This document shows positions 19,389-29,204 of a stretch of DNA of 64,000 nucleotides, one piece after another. Each line of letters begins with the position of its first letter. Position 1 is the stretch's first letter. The position numbers and the translations under genes were made by a program. The notes under the pieces are model-generated. The model was given only the letters and a program-made list of their open reading frames with translations, was not told where the DNA came from and did no database searches. Source of the stretch: a bacterium (lineage in GTDB: Bacteria; Gemmatimonadota; Gemmatimonadetes; Gemmatimonadales; Gemmatimonadaceae); assembly GCA_040002475.1 (NCBI GenBank), contig JBDUEJ010000027.1, positions 12,086 through 76,085 on the forward strand, given 5' to 3'.

Positions 19389-21425
19389 TTACCGGCTGCG
19401 CACCACGGAGAACTGCATCAGCGGCGACACCGGTAAGCCGCTCGACGACCAATCGATTGACGCCGACGTACCCGCCGGAACCGAGAAGCGGATGTACGCG
19501 GCCGCGCCGCCGACGACCGAGACGTTCGCCGGAGTCGCGTCGCCCAACGGAACTACCTTCAGGGGGTAGATGCCCAGCCGTTGCCCGGCTCCGTTCACCA
19601 ACGACGGGAAAATGTTGCGCATGTTCCAGCTCGGCGCGGAGAAACGCGCGTCGGCCTGACCGGTGAGATCGTCGGCGAACAACGCCGTGGTCCAATCGCG
19701 AATCTGTGTGAGGTAGTCGGAGCCGAAAACGTGCGCGAGATTTGCCTGCCCGACCAGCGACGTGTTGTCGAGCAGCGACCACGTGTCGGCGTCCGCCGTT
19801 CCGCGGTGGTCGGCCAGGTATCGCAACAGATTCCACGTTGCGCCGCGCGTTTCCAGCGAATCGTTGTCCGCGTACACCGACGTCGATGACGGTTTGCTGA
19901 TGAAGAACTCGAACCGGCCGAAGTTGTCGCCCTGAAAGTTGTTGAAGTTGTCCACCGTGGTCTGCGTCGCACCGATCACGCTCGAGCCGATGTTCTGGCG
20001 CGGCGCGAGGTGCGCCACATGGAAATACAACAACTCCTCGGCGACATGGCTCAGGCCCTCGTTGAGCCACGTGTCTTCGAACGCATCGGCGTTGTTCACG
20101 TAGAGCCGCCGCCCCGCGTTGATCAGGTGTTGGAATTCGTGAACGAGCGTGCTTGGCGTGAGATTCTGTACGTCCGTCTTCGCGCGCGGGTCGCCGAACC
20201 GGCCCGGCGCCGGGTCAGGCACCAACGAGTAGTACATCTCGGCGACGTTGCTTCCAGGACATCCCTGGAAGTCGTTCGTGTCCTGCTTGGGGAACAGATC
20301 GCGCTCATGAAAGAATCCGCCGATCACGCCGCCACTCCCGCGAGGCGTGAGCTTGTTCACCTCTTTCGTGAAGAGGATCAGAATCTTTCCGTTGTTGTCG
20401 ATGTCCGTGGGCGCGCCGAAGTTCGCGACGTCGAGCGGACTCACGAGCGTGTCGAACATCGCGCCGAACGTCGCGTACTCGGCGTCGCTGAAGCCGCCGG
20501 CCGGGTTCGCGGTATCCGCAAGCACGATCGCCAGATTCGAAACCGCCGCCACGCGCGCCGTCACGTTGATCGCCGGCGTGCATGCCTGATTCGCATTGCC
20601 ATTCGCGTTGAGCTGGAACAGCGAACCGACCGCCGGACTCGATGGAACGGTAGAAAACGCGGGTCGCTGTCTGAACGCCGTACGTGCCCCAGCGATCATG
20701 GGCGTGAGCGTGCGCCGCGAGCTCTCACGAAGATGCGCATCGTAAGTGCCGCGAAGGTTGTTGACCCGCGATTGCAGCGGGCCGGCGCTTGGTGTCGCAT
20801 TGAACGCCGGCGCGATTGACGTGGTGCTGATCGCCGTGGCGCCTCGCGATGCAACGCTGATCGACGCTGTCGCGTTCGGATCGGCATTCCCGTGGAACGC
20901 GACCAGCGCGTAGTCCGCTCCGGCAGTTCCGCCGCCGAGGCAAATGCCGGTTCCGCTTACGCCAGGAACGACGCCACCGACCGCTGGTGTAGTCGGCGTT
21001 CCGTTCTGACAGGCGAGCGTTATCGTGGACGTCCCCGCCGTGGCGAGAAAGGTCGCGGTGAGGTTCGTTCCCGAAACTGCCGCCGTGATGGTGACGTTGC
21101 CCGGCGACGAACCAAGGGTGACTTGGGTCTTGGCCTGTCCGGAAGCGTCAGTGGTCGCGGTTCCGGGTGCAACGGTCGCCGCTCCGCTCGCCACGGCGAA
21201 CGTGACTGTCGCGCCGGATACGGCGCCGTTGCTTCCCGTGACACGCACGGTCAATGGCAGCGATAAGGCGGCTCCGACCAAGCCAACCTGTCCATTACCG
21301 GAAACGATCGCAACCGCTCCCGGCGCGGTATTTCCTGGACCGATCGGTTCGGATCCACTTCCGCAAGCGGCGATCGCGATCGCGGACGAAAGGGCCAAGG
21401 CTCCACGAAGGCGCGAAGCGAGCAT
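19389..21425 (-). CDS. lipoprotein with Ig-like (Big) domain and HExxH zinc-metalloprotease domain (M30/hyicolysin-like)
   Basis: The lipobox is AIAIAAC. An Ig-like repeat region follows (LTVRVTGSNGAVSGATVTFAV...DASGQAKTQVTLG), then the LVHEFQHLINAG motif. Confidence 0.6.
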   Translation of the reverse strand: MLASRLRGALALSSAIAIAACGSGSEPIGPGNTAPGAVAIVSGNGQVGLVGAALSLPLTVRVTGSNGAVSGATVTFAVASGAATVAPGTATTDASGQAKTQVTLGSSPGNVTITAAVSGTNLTATFLATAGTSTITLACQNGTPTTPAVGGVVPGVSGTGICLGGGTAGADYALVAFHGNADPNATASISVASRGATAISTTSIAPAFNATPSAGPLQSRVNNLRGTYDAHLRESSRRTLTPMIAGARTAFRQRPAFSTVPSSPAVGSLFQLNANGNANQACTPAINVTARVAAVSNLAIVLADTANPAGGFSDAEYATFGAMFDTLVSPLDVANFGAPTDIDNNGKILILFTKEVNKLTPRGSGGVIGGFFHERDLFPKQDTNDFQGCPGSNVAEMYYSLVPDPAPGRFGDPRAKTDVQNLTPSTLVHEFQHLINAGRRLYVNNADAFEDTWLNEGLSHVAEELLYFHVAHLAPRQNIGSSVIGATQTTVDNFNNFQGDNFGRFEFFISKPSSTSVYADNDSLETRGATWNLLRYLADHRGTADADTWSLLDNTSLVGQANLAHVFGSDYLTQIRDWTTALFADDLTGQADARFSAPSWNMRNIFPSLVNGAGQRLGIYPLKVVPLGDATPANVSVVGGAAAYIRFSVPAGTSASIDWSSSGLPVSPLMQFSVVRSR

Positions 21426-21514
21426 GCAATCTCCTGTTGGGCGACAAAAGAAGTCGATGGAACGTCGGGTTTCTAAACGAACCCTGAGAGCGGGTCGACC
21501 CTGACGCTACGGGA

Positions 21515-22783
21515 CTAAGCCGCAGTGGCGGCCTCCGGTTCGCGTTTCGGCCGGGTATACTCTTCCATACCCAGCCCTAGCAGAATCGTGCCAGCCACGA
21601 GCGCGGCTGAAACCAGAAACGGCAGTTCGGGAAAACGGTCGAAAGCCCAGCCCGCGGCGATGGGAAAAATAACGCGCGCGGAACCTCCGAACGTCTGCTG
21701 AACTCCCATGTACAGTCCGCGCTCGTTGTTCGGGATCACGCGCGACAACAGGGCGGTCACGCACGGAAAGGTGAACGCCGTGCCCAAGGGCAGTAGCGCG
21801 ACGGCCAACCCCAGCGGGAGAAATGGAAGGAACGCAACGGCCGACACGGGGAGAAATCCGCCCAGCTTGTCGGCGAACGCGGCGGGGTCTGCCATTCGGT
21901 GCATAAATGGCATGGTTGCCAGGCCGAGTGCGAGCAAGCCCTGTCCGAGCCTCGAGAGCCGCGCCTCGCCGAATTTGTCCACGGCCCAGCCAAGGATGAG
22001 CGCTCGCGTCAGCACGGAGATGACGCCGATGTAGGTGTAGAAATATCCGATCGTCTTCGCCGTCACGCCAAAGCGAGCCGCGAGGAAGAGCGCCAGAATT
22101 GCGTTCATCCCCTGGAATGCGCCGATTCCGATCGCATAAATCCAAATGAGTCGAGGTGCCGGTTCGCGCGAATGCGTGATGACGTGCAGCACCGCCTCGC
22201 GGCCCCGACCCGGTTTTGGTTTGGAGGCGCGGGCTTCGACCATGTCGCGCGATTCAACGAGAAAACGGAATGCGAAGCCGATGTTCAGCACGCACAGGGC
22301 CGCGGCGGCAAAACCAGGCGCGTGCTTTCCGAACACCATCATATAGGCGCCGAGCACGGGGCCAAGGGCCACGCCGGCGTTGGTTGCGGCGGACAACCAT
22401 CCGAGGCCCTTCGCGCGCTCTTCGGGCTTGAGCGCGTCGGCCACGTAGGCCTGGATGACGCTCACGGTTCCGCCGCCCGAACCCTGCACGATTCGCGATA
22501 GGAACAGCAGCCAAAGCGAGTCGGAGTACGCGAAGATCACATAGGCGAATGCCGACGCGCCCAATCCAACCATGAGCGCCGGACGACGCCCATATCGATC
22601 GGAAAAACGCCCCCACATGGGGGCGCTCAGCAACTGTGCGATCGAGAAGGACGACACGAGCAAGCCCACGACGAGCCCGCTGGCGCCGAACGTCTTAGCG
22701 TAGAACGGAAGGAGGGGAATGATCATCAGCGTTCCGACCATGTCGATGAACGCTGTGATCATCAAAACAACAAGCTTGCCCAT
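21515..22783 (-). CDS. MFS transporter
   Basis: The ORF is 422 aa with 12-TM-like hydrophobicity. The MFS signature GRFSDRYGRRP lies between TM2 and TM3. Confidence 0.85.
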   Translation of the reverse strand: MGKLVVLMITAFIDMVGTLMIIPLLPFYAKTFGASGLVVGLLVSSFSIAQLLSAPMWGRFSDRYGRRPALMVGLGASAFAYVIFAYSDSLWLLFLSRIVQGSGGGTVSVIQAYVADALKPEERAKGLGWLSAATNAGVALGPVLGAYMMVFGKHAPGFAAAALCVLNIGFAFRFLVESRDMVEARASKPKPGRGREAVLHVITHSREPAPRLIWIYAIGIGAFQGMNAILALFLAARFGVTAKTIGYFYTYIGVISVLTRALILGWAVDKFGEARLSRLGQGLLALGLATMPFMHRMADPAAFADKLGGFLPVSAVAFLPFLPLGLAVALLPLGTAFTFPCVTALLSRVIPNNERGLYMGVQQTFGGSARVIFPIAAGWAFDRFPELPFLVSAALVAGTILLGLGMEEYTRPKREPEAATAA

Positions 22784-22952
22784 ATGTATAAGCTATCGGC
22801 TACCAGCCGTCGGCCATCAAGTGTTCAGCGCGGATCAAAAAAAACGCGCTGGGTCCGGACAGATTCCAGACGTACATGATACGTAAACCATCGCGCGATT
22901 CCGTGCGTCGCGGCCAGGGTTGACCAATTCCGAACGCTTCGCACTACTCGGC

Positions 22953-23834
22953 CTACTCGGCGACCTTGCCAAGCGCGGCCGGCGGAACCGCCCGACCCAC
23001 CACGCCGGCCAGTGCCACGATCGTGAGCACGTACGGGATCATCTCAACGAACTGCGATGGAATGATCTGCGCTCCCTGTAACTGGATCTGCAACGTCTCA
23101 GCCGCCGCGAACAGCAGGCAGGCCAGGGCGGCGCGGAACGGATCCCACCGCCCAAAGATGACCGCGGCAAGGGCAATAAACCCGCGTCCGGCGGTCATCT
23201 CAGCGCTGAACTGATGCTGGTCCAACGCCAGGTAAGCGCCGCCGAGCCCTGCAAACATCCCCGACCACGCCGCCGCGACATAGCGAACCCGGTTCACTCG
23301 AATTCCCACTGACGACGCGGCCGCCGGATGTTCGCCCACGGCCCGAATCCAAAGACCGATCGGCGTCCGATATAGACTCCATGACATCAGCGGCACCGCA
23401 AAAATTCCCCACCAGATGAGCGGGTTGTGCGCCAGCGCGCCAACGCCCGTGCCCGACTGTTCCGCGCCAAACCCCGGCACACGCGGTGAGTTTGCCGAGC
23501 TGTGAAACGCGAGACGCAGAAAGAATCGCGTGGCGCCGATCACAAGCAGGTTGATCGCGATTCCCACAACGACCTGATCGGCTCGAAACCGAATCACGGT
23601 GACGGCATACAGCAGGGCGACGGCGATCCCGCCGGCCATCGCTCCGAGCAGCCCGACCCACGCGCTTCCGCTGTAATAGCTCGCCAACGCGCCGCAAAAG
23701 GCGCCGCTCAGCATATAGCCCTCGAGACCGATTGCGATGAGACCCGAGCGCTCCGACACGACACCGCCGATCGCCGCGAACAGATACGGAATCGCGATGC
23801 GCAGCGTCTGCACGAGAAACGCGATGATGATCAT
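22953..23834 (-). CDS. ABC transporter permease (BMP/nucleoside-type uptake system)
   Basis: The ORF is 293 aa and polytopic. It overlaps the upstream permease by 4 nt. Confidence 0.8.
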   Translation of the reverse strand: MIIIAFLVQTLRIAIPYLFAAIGGVVSERSGLIAIGLEGYMLSGAFCGALASYYSGSAWVGLLGAMAGGIAVALLYAVTVIRFRADQVVVGIAINLLVIGATRFFLRLAFHSSANSPRVPGFGAEQSGTGVGALAHNPLIWWGIFAVPLMSWSLYRTPIGLWIRAVGEHPAAASSVGIRVNRVRYVAAAWSGMFAGLGGAYLALDQHQFSAEMTAGRGFIALAAVIFGRWDPFRAALACLLFAAAETLQIQLQGAQIIPSQFVEMIPYVLTIVALAGVVGRAVPPAALGKVAE

Positions 23835-24937
23835 CGGCCCCTCCTGAGCATGCGTCGCACCTCTGGAACGCTCGCCGCCACGGCAATGATCACGACGGCT
23901 TGCAGCACGTCCACCATCTGCTTGGGCACGACCGCGTTCACCGCGAGCCCTCCCTGCGACATCGTGGCGAACACCAACGCGGCCAACACCACGCCAAGCG
24001 GGTGATTGCGACCAACGATCGCCACCGCGATGCCAAGAAATCCTGCTCCAGACGCGAACGCGTCCTCATAATAGTGCTTATACCCGAGCACGTAGTTCAG
24101 CCCACCCATGCCGGCGAGCGCGCCGGACAGCGCCATGGCGCGCCACCACACGCTGCGAACATCCACGCCGCCGTACTCCGCGGCCAGCGGTTGAAGTCCG
24201 GTGGCGCGGAGCTCGAAGCCGCGCCGCGTGCGGAAGAGAAACCATCCCGTCACGATCGCCGCGAGAAGAGCGACCAGAATCACGACATTCGCGGCCGAGC
24301 CGTGAAACCCTGAGACAAATGCCGACAGCGGCGGCAGCGCGCCCGCGTGGATCTCAGCCGTGTGCAGACTGTCGGCGACCCGCATGTGCGCGGCGACGAA
24401 GTAGTTGAGCAGTGCGAGGACAACGAAGTTCAGCATGATCGTCGTGATGACCTCGTGCGCGCCGAACCTCGCTTTGAGCACGCCGGGAATTCCGCCGACC
24501 ACTCCGCCGCCAATCGCCGCCGCAACCAAGTACACCGGCAGCGTGACGAGCGCCGGCAGTCCCGACGGAAGAATCAGTCCGACCATGGCTGCGGCGAATC
24601 CGCCCGCAGCCAATTGGCTCTCGGCGCCGATGTTGAACAGCCCTGCCCGAAGGCCGACAGCCACGGCGAGCCCGGTGAACGACAACGTGGTCGCCTTGTA
24701 CAACACCTGGCCGAGTCCGTACGCGTTGCCCCATGTGCCTTCGAGCAGCAACCGATAGACCGTACCGGGGTTTTGCCCGAATGAGAGAATTAGAATGTCA
24801 CCGACGATCGCCGCGACCAGCAGAGCGACGATGGCCGGCAAGATCGCTTCCTCGAGCGCCGCTCGGCGGGCGGCCGACGCGGCGACCGTCACGACCCGGT
24901 GTGAGGTTGTCGTGTCCGTGGTGGAAGTAGTGCTCAT
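23831..24937 (-). CDS. ABC transporter permease (BMP/nucleoside-type uptake system)
   Basis: The ORF is 368 aa and polytopic. It overlaps the ATPase gene by 4 nt. Confidence 0.8.
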   Translation of the reverse strand: MSTTSTTDTTTSHRVVTVAASAARRAALEEAILPAIVALLVAAIVGDILILSFGQNPGTVYRLLLEGTWGNAYGLGQVLYKATTLSFTGLAVAVGLRAGLFNIGAESQLAAGGFAAAMVGLILPSGLPALVTLPVYLVAAAIGGGVVGGIPGVLKARFGAHEVITTIMLNFVVLALLNYFVAAHMRVADSLHTAEIHAGALPPLSAFVSGFHGSAANVVILVALLAAIVTGWFLFRTRRGFELRATGLQPLAAEYGGVDVRSVWWRAMALSGALAGMGGLNYVLGYKHYYEDAFASGAGFLGIAVAIVGRNHPLGVVLAALVFATMSQGGLAVNAVVPKQMVDVLQAVVIIAVAASVPEVRRMLRRGR

Positions 24938-26517
24938 GCCGCGTGCCCGCGTCCGGACGTGGCGCCCGTCATGTACGGTCCGAGCACTTCCTCACTCGCT
25001 TGGGACCGCGGCATGACGGTCGCGAACTTCCCGCCATACATCACGGCAATGCGGTCCGACAACGCGAGAATCTCGGCGAGGTCGGCCGACACGAGCAAAA
25101 TGGCTTTCCCCGCGTCCCGCGCCTCGCGTAGACGCGCGTGAATGAACTCGATGGCGCCGACATCCACGCCGCGCGTTGGTTGCGCGGCGAGCAATACCTG
25201 AAAGGCGCGCGACATCTCACGCGCGATGACAATTTTCTGCTGGTTGCCGCCGGACAAGGCGCGCGCCGGCACCGATGCGTCCGGAGGCCGGATGTCGAAC
25301 GCGTCGATCTGAACGCGGGCATTTTCCTGAATGCGTTCGTTGTCGAGTCGTACGCCGCGCGTGAAACGATGCTGCTGTCCAAGAATCAGATTCTCGGCGA
25401 TGGAATAGTCGAGGATGAGACCGCGAGCGTGGCGGTCTTCCGGGATGTGCGACAGTCCGGCGTCGCCGCGCTCCTTCACCGAAAGAGGCGTGACGTCGCG
25501 CCGCGCGATCTCGATCGTTCCGCCGCGCACCTCGCGCAGGCCGGCGAGTGCTTCGAGAAGCTCCGTCTGTCCGTTGCCCTCCACGCCGGCGATTCCCAGA
25601 ATCTCACCCGCCGCGATGCCAAAGCTCACGGCGTCCACCGCCGTCAGTCGCCGCACGTCGTTCACGACGAGATTGCGAACTTCGAGCAGCGGAGTCGATT
25701 CGGTAACGTGCCCGCTATCCGTCCGCTCCGCCGGTCGTTGCTCGGCGAGGTAGTTCATCGCCAACTGCACGTCGCGGCCGACCATCGCCTTCGCAATCTC
25801 GGCGGGCGTGGTCTCCGACGTGTTCAGATGACCGACCGTGCGTCCGTGTCGCATGACGGTGATGGCGTCGGAGATCTCCATCACCTCGTCGAGCTTGTGC
25901 GTGATGAGCACGATCGTTTCACCGCGAGCGCGCATCTGCCGCAGCACCTGCCACAACTCGGCGATCTCCGGCGGCGACAGCACCGCCGTCGGCTCGTCGA
26001 GAATGAGAATCTTGGCGCCGCGATAGAGCGTTTTCAGAATCTCCACGCGCTGCGCTTCGCCAACCGACAGATCGGCGACGAGTCGCTCCGGTCGCACCGC
26101 GAGCCCCGTGGCGCGACTCAGTTCGGCCACCTCACGCTCGGCGCGATGCCGATCGAGCTGGCCGTTCTTCGTCAGCTCGCGGCCGAGTGTGACGTTTTCG
26201 GCGACGGTGAGCGTGGGAACGAGCATGAAGTGTTGGTGCACCATCCCAACGCCGGCATCGATCGCTGCGGCCGTGGACCAGCCGGCGGCGTCGCGACCGT
26301 TGACCTCCATCACGCCGGATTCCGCCGCGTACATGCCGCTGAGCACGCGCATCAGAGTTGACTTGCCCGCGCCGTTCTCGCCCACGAGCGCATGAATCTC
26401 GCCACGCGCCACCTCGAGCGACGCGCCGCGATTGGCGAGCACCGGGCCGAACGATTTGTGGATGTCCGCGAGTCGGATGGCCGGCGCCGCGGTGGCGTTT
26501 GATTCCACGCCGCTCAT
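24934..26517 (-). CDS. ABC transporter ATP-binding protein with duplicated ATPase domains
   Basis: There are two nucleotide-binding domains: Walker A GENGAGKST and GVEGNGQ, with signatures LSVGEAQR and LSGGNQQK. It has an ATGA overlap with the binding-protein gene. Confidence 0.9.
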   Translation of the reverse strand: MSGVESNATAAPAIRLADIHKSFGPVLANRGASLEVARGEIHALVGENGAGKSTLMRVLSGMYAAESGVMEVNGRDAAGWSTAAAIDAGVGMVHQHFMLVPTLTVAENVTLGRELTKNGQLDRHRAEREVAELSRATGLAVRPERLVADLSVGEAQRVEILKTLYRGAKILILDEPTAVLSPPEIAELWQVLRQMRARGETIVLITHKLDEVMEISDAITVMRHGRTVGHLNTSETTPAEIAKAMVGRDVQLAMNYLAEQRPAERTDSGHVTESTPLLEVRNLVVNDVRRLTAVDAVSFGIAAGEILGIAGVEGNGQTELLEALAGLREVRGGTIEIARRDVTPLSVKERGDAGLSHIPEDRHARGLILDYSIAENLILGQQHRFTRGVRLDNERIQENARVQIDAFDIRPPDASVPARALSGGNQQKIVIAREMSRAFQVLLAAQPTRGVDVGAIEFIHARLREARDAGKAILLVSADLAEILALSDRIAVMYGGKFATVMPRSQASEEVLGPYMTGATSGRGHAA

Positions 26518-27551
26518 CGCGTGCTCGGCACGATGATTCGGCCGGCGATGATCTCCGCCTTGAGCTGTTCGACCCGCGCGCGCACGGCGTCGGGTATCAG
26601 CGCGCGATTGTGTTCGTCGTAGATGTAGCCCACACCGTCCTGGGCGAGGCCGAGCGTATAGATCCCGCCTTTGAACACGTGATCGCGCGCCCGTTTGATC
26701 ATGTCGAAGACGCCCACGTCGATGCCTTTGACCATTGAGGTGAGAACGTGCCCCGGCGCTTCGCTGTACTGATCAGCGTCCACACCGATGGCCAATTTTC
26801 CGGTTTGTCGTGCCGCTTCGAAAATGCCGCCGCCCGTGGATCCAGACGCATGGTAGATGATGTCGACGCCCTGCTGATACTGGTTGAGCGCCAATTCCTT
26901 CCCCTTGCCCGGGTTGCGAAACGCATCCGGGGTGACGCCCGCGTATTGCGATACCACCGTGCAGCCGGGGCACACGGCCGTGACGCCTGCCTTATACCCG
27001 CCTTCGAACTTCCAGATCAGCGGCACGTCCATGCCGCCGATGAATCCGACCTTCTTCGATTTGCTGATCAACGCGGCAAGTGCGCCGACGAGGAACGACC
27101 CTTCTTCTTCCTTGAACTTGAGCGCGGCGACGTTGCTTGGGGGCGGAATGAGATTGCCCGCCTTGTCGGCGTTGAGCGAGAAGTCCACCCCGGCGAAGTT
27201 CGTGGTCGGATATTCCTTGGCGAGCTGTGTGATATCGTCGGTGAAGATGAACCCCACGCCCACCACGAGGTCCATGTGCTCGGCGGCGAGCAGCCGGAGA
27301 CCGGCCTCGCGATCGGTGCCTTCGCCCGGCTCGATCAGCCGGATGCGTGCGCCGAGCTCTTTTTCGGCGCGCATGGCGCCGCGGTAGGCGCCGTCGTTGA
27401 ACGACTTGTCGCCGAGTCCGCCCACGTCGAGCACAATGCCAACGTTCACCGCGTTGTCCGACGGTGGCAACGCGGCGCTGGAGGGACGGACAAATAGAAA
27501 GCCAACGTGGACCGCCAACAGCACGGCCACGAGAATGAGCAGCTTACGCAT
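26514..27551 (-). CDS. BMP-family (PnrA/TmpC/Med-like) substrate-binding protein
   Basis: The ORF is 345 aa with a signal or anchor sequence. GLGDKSFNDGAYRG and GFIGGMD are typical of basic-membrane-protein nucleoside binders. Confidence 0.8.
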   Translation of the reverse strand: MRKLLILVAVLLAVHVGFLFVRPSSAALPPSDNAVNVGIVLDVGGLGDKSFNDGAYRGAMRAEKELGARIRLIEPGEGTDREAGLRLLAAEHMDLVVGVGFIFTDDITQLAKEYPTTNFAGVDFSLNADKAGNLIPPPSNVAALKFKEEEGSFLVGALAALISKSKKVGFIGGMDVPLIWKFEGGYKAGVTAVCPGCTVVSQYAGVTPDAFRNPGKGKELALNQYQQGVDIIYHASGSTGGGIFEAARQTGKLAIGVDADQYSEAPGHVLTSMVKGIDVGVFDMIKRARDHVFKGGIYTLGLAQDGVGYIYDEHNRALIPDAVRARVEQLKAEIIAGRIIVPSTR

Positions 27552-27654
27552 CGCGAAAGAATCGTTCGTCGCGGCGGCCGAGGCAAGAAGCCATCTGTTG
27601 GGCGGAGGCCCGTTGGAACTTCGCGCGGGCGCACGTCAGGGTTTAATTGGAAGG

Positions 27655-29163
27655 ATGTCCGATCGCATTCGTACACGCTTTCTCGTCGTCGGCAGCGGCG
27701 TGGCGGGACTTCATACCGCCTGGCGCGCGTCGGATCACGGCGACGTTCTGCTCCTCACGAAACGCTCGTTGTTCGACAGCGCGACCGCCTACGCCCAGGG
27801 CGGCATCGCCGCCGCGCTCGGCGCCGGCGATTCGCCCGCGCTTCATCGCCAGGACACTCTGGCGGCCGGCGCGGCGCTCTGCGACGCCGCGGCGGTGCAG
27901 GTGTTGGTCGAAGAAGGGCCGGCGCGAGTCAGAGAGCTTCAGACCGCGGGCGCCCATTTCGATCTCGATCCGCGAGGCCGCCTGCAGCTCGGACGCGAGG
28001 CTGCGCATTCCAAGAATCGCATCGTGCACGCGCATGGAGACCAGACCGGCGCCGAAGTCGCGCGCACGCTGGTCGCGCGCGTGCGCGAGGCCGAGCGCGT
28101 GCGGGTGCTCGAGCGGGCTCGTGTTCTCGAGTTGATCGTTCGCGGCGGCATCTGCTATGGCGTGCGCGCAAGCATCGCCGGCCGCGCAACGGAGATCATT
28201 GCCGACGCAACGGTGCTTGCCACGGGCGGCTGCGGTCAGATCTATCGGTACACGACCAATCCTGTCGTCGCCACCGGCGACGGATTTGCCATTGCGCACC
28301 GTGCCGGCGTCACGCTGGCCGACATGGAGTTCGTCCAGTTCCATCCTACCGCGCTCGCCACGCCCGAGAATCCGCTGGCGCTCGTCTCCGAAGCGGTGCG
28401 CGGTGAAGGGGCCATTCTCGTCAACGCGCGCGGCGTTCGTTTCATGCGCTCGCTGCATCGCTTGGCCGAGCTCGCGCCGCGCGACGTCGTGGCGCGCGCG
28501 ATTTTTCGCGAGCAGCGCAACGGAACCGTCTTTCTCGACGCACGAAAGCTCGGCAAACGGTTCACCGAGCGGTTCCCGGGAATCTTCGCCCTTTGCCAGG
28601 CCCGCGGAATCGACCCGCGAAAGGATCTCATTCCGGTGACGCCGGCCGCGCACTACATGATGGGCGGTGTCGTCACGGATTTGCGCGGGCGCTCGAACGT
28701 CCAGCGTCTCTACGCGGTGGGCGAGCTGGCGAGAACCGGCGTGCACGGCGCCAATCGTCTCGCGTCCAACTCGCTGCTCGAGGGACTCGTGTTCGCCGAA
28801 CGCGTCGCGCGCGACCTCACCTCGAACAAGCCGCTCATGCGTCCGCCGCCGGCGGGAAAGTGGAAAGTTCCGCCGCTTCCCGACCGTGGCGCGGCGCAAG
28901 TTGCCGCGGACGATATCCGCTCCACCATGTGGGAGTACGCCGGAATCGTCCGAACAGCGCGCGGGCTTCGCGCGGCGCTCGAACAGCTTGATGACATTGG
29001 CACCCGACTGCCCCCCGGGGCCACGGAGGAGCTCAACATGCTCCAGACTGCCCAACTCATTGTCGAGGCCGCGCTTCTGAGAAAGGAATCACGCGGTGGG
29101 CACTATCGGGTGGACTTTCCGCACGCCAAGCGCGGTTGGAAAGGCAAGCACATCGAGCTCTGA
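27655..29163 (+). CDS. nadB: L-aspartate oxidase
   Basis: I use the internal ATG at 27655, preceded by GGAAGG. Motifs are FLVVGSGVAGL, ATAYAQGGIAAAL and ESRGGHYRVDFP. The track ORF start at 27397 overlaps the divergent gene and is unlikely. Confidence 0.9.
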   Translation: MSDRIRTRFLVVGSGVAGLHTAWRASDHGDVLLLTKRSLFDSATAYAQGGIAAALGAGDSPALHRQDTLAAGAALCDAAAVQVLVEEGPARVRELQTAGAHFDLDPRGRLQLGREAAHSKNRIVHAHGDQTGAEVARTLVARVREAERVRVLERARVLELIVRGGICYGVRASIAGRATEIIADATVLATGGCGQIYRYTTNPVVATGDGFAIAHRAGVTLADMEFVQFHPTALATPENPLALVSEAVRGEGAILVNARGVRFMRSLHRLAELAPRDVVARAIFREQRNGTVFLDARKLGKRFTERFPGIFALCQARGIDPRKDLIPVTPAAHYMMGGVVTDLRGRSNVQRLYAVGELARTGVHGANRLASNSLLEGLVFAERVARDLTSNKPLMRPPPAGKWKVPPLPDRGAAQVAADDIRSTMWEYAGIVRTARGLRAALEQLDDIGTRLPPGATEELNMLQTAQLIVEAALLRKESRGGHYRVDFPHAKRGWKGKHIEL

Positions 29164-29204
29164 TCTCATCTAGTTGGGTTGACGGAGATCATTAGCTTTC
29201 GGCC

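Noticed and set aside
22826-22851. The hairpin CAGCGCG-N12-CGCGCTG with an A8/T8 run, read as a terminator of the ABC operon.
   Set aside because: The T8 run falls in the loop rather than after the stem on the minus strand, so it does not fit the intrinsic terminator model. I left it unannotated.
27552-27654. An NAD+ (nadA-motif) riboswitch in the nadB leader.
   Set aside because: I could not recognise two tandem bulged-stem domains or the conserved loop sequences I associate with that motif. Only a small hairpin lies at 27552-27573. A covariance-model scan is needed before any claim.
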